DNA of 64,000 nt from Bacteroidota bacterium. GTDB taxonomy: Bacteria; Bacteroidota; Bacteroidia; Bacteroidales; FEN-979. Position numbers and translations under genes: made by a program. The stretch covers positions 43,937-107,936 of the forward strand of contig JBAXLI010000003.1 of assembly GCA_037134895.1 (NCBI GenBank). Reading direction: 5' to 3'. This document shows positions 10,481 to 18,535 of the stretch, one piece after another (the first letter of the stretch is position 1; every line of letters begins with the position of its first letter). A model generated the notes under the pieces. The model saw only the letters and a list, made by a program, of their open reading frames with translations. It was not told the DNA's origin and did not search any database.

Positions 10481-11572
10481 ATGAACAAGCAGCAAAAACT
10501 TCCACCCTATTTCCTGGTAAAGATCCTCGGACAATTCAGGGATCTCCTCTTGAAACTTAACAGGAAACTGTTTCCGGGTTCAGTCGTACTTTATGAACAG
10601 TTCCAGGCGTTCTGGCTGATGCAGCCGCTGTATATTGCTGCTAAACTCGATATCGCAGGCTTTCTTAAAAACGGTCCGCTTACAGTGGAAGAACTTGCCA
10701 GGCTCAGCAGTTCAGATCCTGCTGCTTTATACAGGATTATGAGGGCCCTGGCTTCTTCAGGAATCTTCAGGGAAAATGAAGGAAAACGGTTTGGCCAGAA
10801 TTCCCGCTCACGCGCCTTGCTCGAGGGTGATGGCAGCATGAGGCATATGATCATTCACCACCTGGGACAGATCAACTGGTCGGCAAACGCCAACCTGCTG
10901 CATACTGTTAAAACCGGGGAGAATGCGTTTACAAACCTCTACGGCACCGATATCTATCCATACCTTCAGAAAGACACCGATGAACTCAAACGTTTTGAAA
11001 AGTCGATGAACGATCTTTCAGCCCTGGCAATGGGCCCGGTACTTTCACGCTACGATTTCGGAAAATTCAACACAATTGCCGATATCGGCGGAGGTGAGGG
11101 CATGCTCCTGGCTGGTATTGTCGAACAATCAAAACGGGCTAAAGGAATTCTTTTTGACCTGCCCGAAAATCATAACAAGGCAGAAGACTTTATTAAGGCA
11201 GCAGGACTGAGCCAAAGGATAAGCTATGTTCCCGGGAGTTTTCTTGAACCGTTTTCTCTTGAGGCAGACCTGTATATCATGAAGAACGTACTTCATAACT
11301 GGGACGATGAACATTGTTGCCTGATCCTGGAAAACCTTCGAAGGAACATGAATAAAGGCTCCATATTGCTTGTTCTTGAACTGGTAGTGCCCGGTCCGGG
11401 TGTGGCATCCTATGCAAAAATGGTCGACATACAGATGCTTTCAACCATGCCGGGCGGCAGGGAGAGAACCGGGAAGGAATATGCTTCCCTTCTAAGTAAG
11501 TCTGGCCTCGGGCTGAAGCGTATCATACCCACCATAGCTCCATTGTCTATCCTCGAAACTTCGGTGGAATAG
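10481..11572 (+). CDS. SAM-dependent O-methyltransferase (dimerisation domain + Methyltransf_2 type)
   Basis: AAKLDIA...GPLTVEELA dimerisation HTH, ADIGGGEG, KNVLHNWDD, GGRERT; ATG at 10481. Confidence 0.9.
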   Translation: MNKQQKLPPYFLVKILGQFRDLLLKLNRKLFPGSVVLYEQFQAFWLMQPLYIAAKLDIAGFLKNGPLTVEELARLSSSDPAALYRIMRALASSGIFRENEGKRFGQNSRSRALLEGDGSMRHMIIHHLGQINWSANANLLHTVKTGENAFTNLYGTDIYPYLQKDTDELKRFEKSMNDLSALAMGPVLSRYDFGKFNTIADIGGGEGMLLAGIVEQSKRAKGILFDLPENHNKAEDFIKAAGLSQRISYVPGSFLEPFSLEADLYIMKNVLHNWDDEHCCLILENLRRNMNKGSILLVLELVVPGPGVASYAKMVDIQMLSTMPGGRERTGKEYASLLSKSGLGLKRIIPTIAPLSILETSVE

Positions 11573-11582
11573 TTAACTTTGC

Positions 11583-12776
11583 ATGATGAAGAAACTCCTT
11601 TTTTCGGCAAAAAAAGAAGTACTGCTTATTGTCAGGGACCTACCCGGACTTCTCATCCTTTTCCTGATGCCTGTTTTGCTGATGACTGTGGTCATCATGG
11701 CCCAGGAATATACCCTGAAGAACCAGTCAGGCAAAACGAAGATACTCTTCATTAACGACAGTCAGTCAGATTTCTCCCAAACTTTAAGAAAAAATCTTGT
11801 CAGCAGCGGCTTTTTTGAGACCGACACCCTCTTTAACAGTTTAGCTATTAATAAGGCATCAGCCACTGCATTGATCAGCTCGGGGAAATACCAGCTTGGC
11901 CTATTCCTGGGGCCGGGTGATTCGGCTTTTGAGATCATCACTGATCCTGCTCTTTCAGGTCCGTACAGGGCAAACATTGTCACTCCCCTGAAGTACCTTG
12001 TAAAGGCCACCCAGACCAGGAATATCATCGAAAACATGCTTGCAGGATCCGCAGGCGAGATGAAGCCCATGATCGATAAAACCATTGAAGAAGCCAGCCT
12101 GAAGCTTCCTCCGGTCCAGGAAACCCTTGCCGGATCAGAAACTGCGGAGATCAGGCCCACCGCAATACAGAATATAGTGCCCGGATTTATCCTGTTTGCT
12201 ATGTTCTTTGTGGTGATACCGTTGGCAGCCAGTATTATCAACGAAAAAAACGAGGGGGCTTTTCAGCGGTTGCGCACTCTTCCCGTAGGGCTCGGTGTGA
12301 TCCTGGGATCAAAGGTCCTGGTATATTTCGTTGTCTGCCTCGTCCAGTTTTTCCTTATGATGCTTGTGGGTCTCTGGGTTTTTCCTCATTTTCTCGACCT
12401 GCCTCCCTTGCAGCTTGGCCATAATATTCCTGCCATTCTTTTTGCAACCGCAGCATCAGCATTAGCTGCAATCGGCTTCGGCATCCTTGTGGGATCATCC
12501 TCAGGAACGATGGCCCAGGCCTCACTTTTCGGATCGGTCATGGTGGTACTGCTTGGTGTGATCAGCGGAACCTTTCTCCCGGTACACGTGATGCCAAAAG
12601 CAATTCAGGCTGTCAGCCTGATCTCACCTATGCGCTGGGGTATCGATAACTACCTCGACGTTTTCATCCGAGGTGGCGGTATTATCAGTATCTTACCCCG
12701 AAGCCTGATGCTCTTTGCCTTTTTCGTTTTTGCATTGATCAGCAGCATTTATATTTTTGCATTGAGAAAAGTTTAA
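11583..12776 (+). CDS. ABC-2 type exporter permease
   Basis: KKEVLLIVRD, VPGFILFAMFF, EKNEGAFQRLRTLP, GTFLPVHVMP motifs; multiple TM helices. Confidence 0.88.
   Translation: MMKKLLFSAKKEVLLIVRDLPGLLILFLMPVLLMTVVIMAQEYTLKNQSGKTKILFINDSQSDFSQTLRKNLVSSGFFETDTLFNSLAINKASATALISSGKYQLGLFLGPGDSAFEIITDPALSGPYRANIVTPLKYLVKATQTRNIIENMLAGSAGEMKPMIDKTIEEASLKLPPVQETLAGSETAEIRPTAIQNIVPGFILFAMFFVVIPLAASIINEKNEGAFQRLRTLPVGLGVILGSKVLVYFVVCLVQFFLMMLVGLWVFPHFLDLPPLQLGHNIPAILFATAASALAAIGFGILVGSSSGTMAQASLFGSVMVVLLGVISGTFLPVHVMPKAIQAVSLISPMRWGIDNYLDVFIRGGGIISILPRSLMLFAFFVFALISSIYIFALRKV
12729..12759 (+). promoter_or_regulatory. Candidate Bacteroidota sigma-A promoter inside the permease 3' end
   Basis: TTTG (12729-12732), 19-nt spacer, TATTTTTG (12752-12759), upstream of ATG 12797. 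Confidence 0.45.
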
Positions 12777-12796
12777 TTTTCAAACGGAAACACTGA

Positions 12797-13207
12797 ATGA
12801 AGGAAAAGGATGGAATTTCGGATTGCCCCGAGCAACAGCTCATCCTGTATGTTGAAAAGGAAGACGGGAAATATGAGGCGATACAGACGGGATCTTATCT
12901 TTCGGCCAACTATCTCGATGATTATTTTCTGAAAAGGAATAATCTGGAAAAAGCGCTCCGCGAAAGAATTGAACGGGGAGAGATCAATGCTCTTGAGTAT
13001 TACATGGTACTCGAAGACCTTACACTCTCCGAACTTGCAGCCCGGGTCGGGCTGATGAAATGGAGGGTAAGGAAACACCTGAAGCCTGGGAATTTTTCAA
13101 AGATCAGCCAGGCTATGCTCATGAAATACTCGAAAGTATTTAACGTCCCTGCTGATGAGATCATAAAAATTCAGTCGGCATACAGAAAGCAACCAAATGA
13201 TCATTGA
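12797..13207 (+). CDS. Hypothetical protein with C-terminal XRE-like helix-turn-helix
   Basis: LTLSELAARVGLMKWRVRKHL...KYSKVFNV resembles XRE HTH; overlaps the start of the BtrH-like gene. Confidence 0.7.
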   Translation: MKEKDGISDCPEQQLILYVEKEDGKYEAIQTGSYLSANYLDDYFLKRNNLEKALRERIERGEINALEYYMVLEDLTLSELAARVGLMKWRVRKHLKPGNFSKISQAMLMKYSKVFNVPADEIIKIQSAYRKQPNDH

Positions 13208-14204
13208 TAATTACCACCATAAAATGGCCGCCCATTGTGAATCGGGCTCCATTACTTCATTGCTTAACCATAAAGGTCTTCAGATCACCGAGCCCATGGT
13301 GTTCGGGATTTCAAGCGGGATTTTTTTCGGGTATTTCCATAAAATGAAGTCATTTGCATTTCCAACTTTCATCGTGAGGAACAAGCCCGGACAAATGAGA
13401 AAGAACCTTGAGAAAAGGATTGGAGTAAAATTTCATACCAGGGATTTCAGGGACCTCACGAAAGGGCAGGTGGCACTTGACAGCCTGATATCACAGGGCA
13501 TTCCAACTGCTGCCCAGGTTGATATGTTTTACCTCGATTACGTGCCTTCATGGGAGAGGGTCCATATCAATGTGCATTTCCTGGTCGCGATAGGAAAGGA
13601 AGGCGAGACTTACAAAGTCAGTGACAGTTATTTTCCGAAACCTGTTGACCTGCCTGTTGCTTCGATGAACAACGCAAGGTTCGCGACCGGGAGCATGTCG
13701 CCCAAAGGGTTCATCTTTTACCCTGAATTCGTTCCCGCGTCTTTCGATTACGACAAAGCCATCCGCAAAGGAATAAAAAAAGCCTGTTTTTACATGCTTA
13801 AGCTTCCGATTCCCTTCCTGGGTATCAAAGGCATGCGGATGTTCTCGAAAAAGATAACCGAATGGCCTTCGCTGGCAAGGGATACCGAGCATCTCTCGCA
13901 TGAGGTCATGAAAATAAACATCCTGCTTGAGGACCAGGGTACCGGCGGAGCCGGATTCAGGTTTATGTATGCAACTTTCCTGCAGCAGGCCTCTGAGATA
14001 GTAAAGAAGCCCGAATTTAAGGAGCTTGCGAAGGAACTTATGGAGATCGGGGACGGATGGAGGGAATTTTCGCTTTTTGCAGCGAGGATAGGTAAAAACC
14101 GCGACCTTGGTCCCGATAAATTTCTGCAGCTTAGCAAGCTGATTGCACAAAGGGCGGATAAGGAAGAAGATTTTTTCAAACGATTATCAAACGCAGTTAA
14201 ATAA
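13197..14204 (+). CDS. BtrH N-terminal-domain protein (papain-like Cys-His fold, DUF4872-type C-terminus)
   Basis: AAHCESG catalytic Cys, SEPMVFGI-like TEPMVFGI, HINVHF His, GTGGAGFRFMYA motif. Confidence 0.85.
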   Translation: MIIDNYHHKMAAHCESGSITSLLNHKGLQITEPMVFGISSGIFFGYFHKMKSFAFPTFIVRNKPGQMRKNLEKRIGVKFHTRDFRDLTKGQVALDSLISQGIPTAAQVDMFYLDYVPSWERVHINVHFLVAIGKEGETYKVSDSYFPKPVDLPVASMNNARFATGSMSPKGFIFYPEFVPASFDYDKAIRKGIKKACFYMLKLPIPFLGIKGMRMFSKKITEWPSLARDTEHLSHEVMKINILLEDQGTGGAGFRFMYATFLQQASEIVKKPEFKELAKELMEIGDGWREFSLFAARIGKNRDLGPDKFLQLSKLIAQRADKEEDFFKRLSNAVK

Positions 14205-14214
14205 CCCCATATAA

Positions 14215-14499
14215 ATGAACCAGGAACCGACCGAAGAACTGAGGACAGAGATCAAGGTTCTCATCATGGAAACACTTGGCATTTCAGGGATCAGCCCTGA
14301 GGAAATAGATAATGACAAACCCTTGTTTGGCGGGGAGAATGTTCTGACCCTCGATTCAGTCGATGCACTCGAAATCATTATGGCTATTCAGAGGAAATAT
14401 AACCTGAGGATAGCCGATCAGAACCTGGCCCGTTCTGTGATCCGGTCTGTCAACACCATTGCCGAGTTTCTTGTTGCTGAACAGGGTAAGCAGGCCTGA
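14215..14499 (+). CDS. Acyl carrier protein
   Basis: PLFG...LDSVDALEI phosphopantetheine-Ser motif; acidic 94 aa. Confidence 0.9.
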   Translation: MNQEPTEELRTEIKVLIMETLGISGISPEEIDNDKPLFGGENVLTLDSVDALEIIMAIQRKYNLRIADQNLARSVIRSVNTIAEFLVAEQGKQA

Positions 14500-14509
14500 T
14501 GAAACCGAA

Positions 14510-15592
14510 ATGAAGCACTCCTACCTCACTGCCGGAATGACCTTAGGCCGGCTTGTTTCCGTTATTTTGGGAAACAGGCTAAACCTGAGTGTAAAGAACC
14601 TGTCGCGGTTACTCTTCCTGTTTCAGAGTTCCCTCTGGTCAAGCATTTTCGCATTTATCGAGGATGTGAGGTTTAGTAAGCAGATCAATATCGCACCGGT
14701 TCCCGAAAATCCCGTGTTTATCATTGGCCACTGGCGCACCGGAACTACATTATTGTTCAAGCTTATGAGTATGGATGAGCAATTTACTGCCCCTACCCTG
14801 TTCCAGGTGGCCGAACCAGACAGCATGCTCACCTCATATTCCTATTATAAACCAATCATGAAAGCCCTGGTCAAAAAAACCAGGCCCATGGACAATGTAA
14901 AGATTGGCATGGATGAGCCGCAGGAGGATGAATATGCAATCTACCGGCTGACCGGCTCCTCTCCATTGGAGGAGCTTGTGTTCCCCTGCTCAAAAAAGTA
15001 TTTTGTTGAAACCTGGCTTCAGTCAGGGCATTCCGAAAAAGAAGGAAAACTGCTGAAGAACCAGCTTACAATGTTTTACAAAAAAGTACTTTACCGGAAG
15101 CCCGGGATATTACTTTCAAAAAATCCTTTTCATTCTTTCAGGATCAAGCTTTTACGTGAGGCATTTCCCGGTGCCAGGTTTATTCAGATACATCGTAATC
15201 CCTGCTGCGTCGTGCCTTCAACTATGAACATGTGGAATATCCTGCAGGTTGAAAACAGCCTGAACAATATGGTGCATAAACATACGGCTGCCGAGGTTTC
15301 TGCACTTTTAAAAAAGCTGATAGCGCAGATAGACGCTGATAAAGCTGCTTTACCGGCGGGATGCTATGCGGAAATAAAGTTTGAAGACCTGGAGATGGAA
15401 ACTGTTGGAGTGGTCAGAAGCCTGTATGCATCCCTCGGACTTGAGTTCACCACTGGGTTTGAACAAAAGATCAGGGATTATATGGAATCCAGCAGGGATT
15501 TCAGGAAAAACAACTTCAGTCTTCCCGCAAACGATAGTGTATTGATCAATGATGAACTTAAAGACCATATGCAGAAGTATTCTTATTGCTGA
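14510..15592 (+). CDS. PAPS-dependent sulfotransferase (Sulfotransfer_3-like)
   Basis: PVFIIGHWRTGTTLL 5'-PSB loop, RPMDNV, PQEDE, LSKNPFH, FIQIHRNP...S 3'-PB motif; ATG 14510. Confidence 0.88.
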   Translation: MKHSYLTAGMTLGRLVSVILGNRLNLSVKNLSRLLFLFQSSLWSSIFAFIEDVRFSKQINIAPVPENPVFIIGHWRTGTTLLFKLMSMDEQFTAPTLFQVAEPDSMLTSYSYYKPIMKALVKKTRPMDNVKIGMDEPQEDEYAIYRLTGSSPLEELVFPCSKKYFVETWLQSGHSEKEGKLLKNQLTMFYKKVLYRKPGILLSKNPFHSFRIKLLREAFPGARFIQIHRNPCCVVPSTMNMWNILQVENSLNNMVHKHTAAEVSALLKKLIAQIDADKAALPAGCYAEIKFEDLEMETVGVVRSLYASLGLEFTTGFEQKIRDYMESSRDFRKNNFSLPANDSVLINDELKDHMQKYSYC

Positions 15593-15600
15593 TTCATTCG

Positions 15601-15608
15601 TATATTTG
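15601..15608 (+). promoter_or_regulatory. Candidate Bacteroidota -7 promoter box
   Basis: TATATTTG in the intergenic gap upstream of ATG 15645. Confidence 0.5.
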
Positions 15609-15644
15609 CAATAGCAGGTACCCAAAACCGAAAAAATTCAGTAT

Positions 15645-16349
15645 ATGAAAAAGTATTTACTGGCAGCATCATTTATTTTATTCGGGACCATCCTGGCTCT
15701 CGCCCAGGAACAGCCAATACAGCAGCAACAGTCCGCACAGTCAAAAACTGGTCCGCAATCAATTAAAAACAATATACACAGCGGTTTTTATCTCAAAGTC
15801 GGGGGGTCTTTTGCTGTGGGGAAATTTGCCAGCACCACAACTTATTACTATAATTACAAGACCTACAAGGATACGATCACATACTATAAGGCTAAAATAG
15901 GGCCCGCCCTTGAGTTGGGATGGCTGATCTATATAGGACCCGCCTTTGCAGGCAATCACATCAGGGCGGGTATTGATGCCACATTTCTTACCATGTCGTT
16001 CAATCCCACCGATCCCCTGCTTGCTCCCGACGTTTCAGCTTCAAAGAAACTTGAATATTACTATTATTTTGCCGGGCAGAAGTTCGGGCCACTGTTAACC
16101 ATCAATCCTGTCGATTACCTCATGATCGACCTTTCCTATAAGCTCAATGCGACCGCAGCTTGGTATCACAGCATGTGGGGGTCGAGCTATACCCTGAATG
16201 AAGTGAGCCTCGGACTGAGGTACAGGGTGATGCTTTTTGCCTTCCAGTATAACTGGGGCAAGGTCAAATTTACATACAACCAGGGGGACAATCCCCAGTA
16301 CTGGGTTGACTATTCCACCTTCAGGATCATCATGGGTCTTAAATTCTAG
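15645..16349 (+). CDS. Hypothetical outer-membrane beta-barrel protein
   Basis: Signal peptide, Gln-rich linker, alternating aromatic beta-strands, C-terminal IMGLKF (Phe) barrel signature. Confidence 0.7.
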   Translation: MKKYLLAASFILFGTILALAQEQPIQQQQSAQSKTGPQSIKNNIHSGFYLKVGGSFAVGKFASTTTYYYNYKTYKDTITYYKAKIGPALELGWLIYIGPAFAGNHIRAGIDATFLTMSFNPTDPLLAPDVSASKKLEYYYYFAGQKFGPLLTINPVDYLMIDLSYKLNATAAWYHSMWGSSYTLNEVSLGLRYRVMLFAFQYNWGKVKFTYNQGDNPQYWVDYSTFRIIMGLKF

Positions 16350-16364
16350 TATAGATAAAAAAGC

Positions 16365-16396
16365 GAATAATTGAATAATAGAATACTCGAATTTTG
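16365..16396. repeat. Degenerate octamer tandem repeat GAATnnnn x4
   Basis: gaataatt-gaataata-gaatactc-gaattttg in the intergenic gap. Confidence 0.55.
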
Positions 16397-16419
16397 AGTT
16401 CAGAATTATTGATCTTGAC

Positions 16420-17736
16420 ATGCAAAATTTGTTCTTCCCTGAAATAGAGCGTAAATCCTTAACGGAGATCAAAGAGTTCCAGGAACAAGCCCTGGCGGGA
16501 TTACTATCCTATGTCAAAGAGCATTCAGCCTTTTACAGAAAGCTTTTCAAAGAACATTCCATCGATATAAGCAGCATACGCAACCTGGAGGATCTCTCGC
16601 GGCTGCCTGTCACGGATAAATCCCACCTTCAGCGCTACAACGAAGATTTCATTTGTGTTCCGAAGAGCCGGATCGTTGATTATATAACTACATCGGGAAC
16701 CATGGGCGACCCTGTAACTGTGGCCATGACCGATCGTGACCTCGACCGCCTCGCATACAATGAAGCGCTTTCATTTACCTGCGCCGACGGCTCTGCCGAC
16801 GATATCTTCCAGCTTATGACAACCCTCGACCGGAGGTTTATGGCCGGCATGGCGTATTTCCTTGGCATCCGTAAACTGGGAGGCGGCATCGTAAGGGTAG
16901 GCAATGGCATTCCCGAGCTGCAATGGGATACCATCAACCGCATCCGCCCAAATACTATAATTGTTGTTCCCTCCTTCATACTCAGGATCATTGAATATGC
17001 TGAACAAAAAGGGATAGATTACCGCGCATCAAGTATCACCAAAGCAGTCTGCATCGGTGAACCTCTCAGGAACACCGACTTAAGCCTTAATGCCCTTGGA
17101 AGGAAGATCCTCGAAAAATGGCCCCTGCAGCTATACTCGACCTATGCCTCCACCGAAATGGCCACCACTTTTACAGAATGCAGGGAAGGAAAAGGCGGAC
17201 ATCATCACCCTGAACTTATTATCGTAGAGTTTCTTGATGATCAAGACAAACCGGTCGCAGATGACCAGCCCGGTGAAGTGACTATAACCACGCTTGGTGT
17301 TGAAGGGATGCCTTTGATCAGGTTTAAAACAGGGGATGTATGTTATCATTACAATCTGCCCTGTGCCTGCGGAAGGACAACCATGAGGCTGGGGCCTGTC
17401 ATTGGCCGCAGGAAACAGATGATCAAATTCAAGGGTACTACCTTATATCCTCCTGCCCTTTACGATATCCTGGATAACATACCCTATATAAAAAACTACT
17501 TTGTCGAGGTCTACACCAATGACATCGGCACTGATGAGATCGTCATCAATGCAGGTGTTGTAGCTGAAAACCTGGAATTTGAAAAGGATATCAAAGACCA
17601 TTTCAGGGCCAGGCTCAGGGTAGCTCCACAGATCCGGTTCCTGACACCCGAGGCTGTCACCAGGGTGCAGTTCCCCGAAGGCAATCGCAAAGCGTTGAAG
17701 TTCATAGACAAAAGAAACTGTTCCCCTAATTCCTGA
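16420..17736 (+). CDS. Phenylacetate-CoA ligase-family aryl-CoA ligase (likely starter-unit activation)
   Basis: TTSGTMGDP AMP-binding loop, YSTYASTE, PLIRFKTGD, CACGR, KGTTLYP. Confidence 0.9.
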   Translation: MQNLFFPEIERKSLTEIKEFQEQALAGLLSYVKEHSAFYRKLFKEHSIDISSIRNLEDLSRLPVTDKSHLQRYNEDFICVPKSRIVDYITTSGTMGDPVTVAMTDRDLDRLAYNEALSFTCADGSADDIFQLMTTLDRRFMAGMAYFLGIRKLGGGIVRVGNGIPELQWDTINRIRPNTIIVVPSFILRIIEYAEQKGIDYRASSITKAVCIGEPLRNTDLSLNALGRKILEKWPLQLYSTYASTEMATTFTECREGKGGHHHPELIIVEFLDDQDKPVADDQPGEVTITTLGVEGMPLIRFKTGDVCYHYNLPCACGRTTMRLGPVIGRRKQMIKFKGTTLYPPALYDILDNIPYIKNYFVEVYTNDIGTDEIVINAGVVAENLEFEKDIKDHFRARLRVAPQIRFLTPEAVTRVQFPEGNRKALKFIDKRNCSPNS

Positions 17737-17762
17737 GGATTTCAGGATTCGTCCGCATCAAA

Positions 17763-17794
17763 TTTGGAAAAATCGTATTACTGTTTTAGATTTG
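17763..17794 (+). promoter_or_regulatory. Bacteroidota sigma-A promoter (-33/-7)
   Basis: TTTG (17763-17766), 20-nt spacer, TAGATTTG (17787-17794), upstream of ATG 17832. Confidence 0.6.
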
Positions 17795-17831
17795 TAGAAC
17801 AATATGGAAAGTAACCCAAAAATCAGATAGT

Positions 17832-18467
17832 ATGAAAAAACTAGCAACTTTAGTATTGATCAGCTGCTTTGTGTTTTCAGGAAGCAGCCTGTTTTCACAG
17901 AAACTAAAAACCGGCGACCTTTCGGTTCTCAAAGGCCAGAAGACTGTAAACCTTCAGTTTGATTACTCAAAAATGGAGGTTGGGAAGTTTGCCAATGAAG
18001 AAGATTACATCAAGAAAGGGATAGACGACAGGAACAAGAAGAAGGAAGGCTCAGGAGATGCATGGGCTGCAAAATGGAGAGCCGATAAAACTGAACGCTA
18101 CCAGCCTGCTTTTATCGAAGCGTTTAACAAAAAATCCGATGATTGCGGTATCGAGGTAAAGGAAAACGCAACCGACGCCAAGTATACACTCATTATCCGC
18201 ACAGTATTCCTGGAGCAGGGTGTTGAAGCTATCGTTGGTTCCAAACCTTCAGAAATTGACCTGGTGATTGATGTTGTTGAGACTACTGCTCCGGATAAAG
18301 TGATTGCAACCATCGATGCCGAAAAGAACAAAGGTTCCTCAACCAGGATGACAGTGAACGGTGTTCCCGTCAGCAAGGAAACGTATGATACCGGACTTCG
18401 CATCGCCGAAGCTTATGAAACCGCAGGGAAAAATGTTGCAAAATTCGTTTGCAAGCAATTAAAGTAA
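17832..18467 (+). CDS. Secreted hypothetical protein
   Basis: Signal peptide MKKLATLVLISCFVFSGSSLFSQ; Lys-rich soluble domain; followed by a strong hairpin. Confidence 0.8.
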   Translation: MKKLATLVLISCFVFSGSSLFSQKLKTGDLSVLKGQKTVNLQFDYSKMEVGKFANEEDYIKKGIDDRNKKKEGSGDAWAAKWRADKTERYQPAFIEAFNKKSDDCGIEVKENATDAKYTLIIRTVFLEQGVEAIVGSKPSEIDLVIDVVETTAPDKVIATIDAEKNKGSSTRMTVNGVPVSKETYDTGLRIAEAYETAGKNVAKFVCKQLK

Positions 18468-18481
18468 CCTGTCAGGTTATC

Positions 18482-18521
18482 AATACATAAGGCTGATTGG
18501 AACCAATCAGCCTTATGTATT
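18482..18521. terminator. Bidirectional intrinsic terminator between convergent genes
   Basis: Perfect 19-bp inverted repeat AATACATAAGGCTGATTGG / CCAATCAGCCTTATGTATT followed by a T-run. Confidence 0.8.
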
Positions 18522-18535
18522 TTATCCATTATCCT

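Noticed and set aside
13548-14179. Long antisense ORFs (also 6339-6863, 8418-8939, 19007-19630, 38695-39282)
   Set aside because: They lie opposite well-supported genes and have no recognisable motifs; treated as shadow ORFs.
17731-17747. TCCTGA-N5-TCAGGA hairpin as a terminator after the CoA ligase
   Set aside because: Only a 6-bp stem overlapping the stop codon, with no U-tract.
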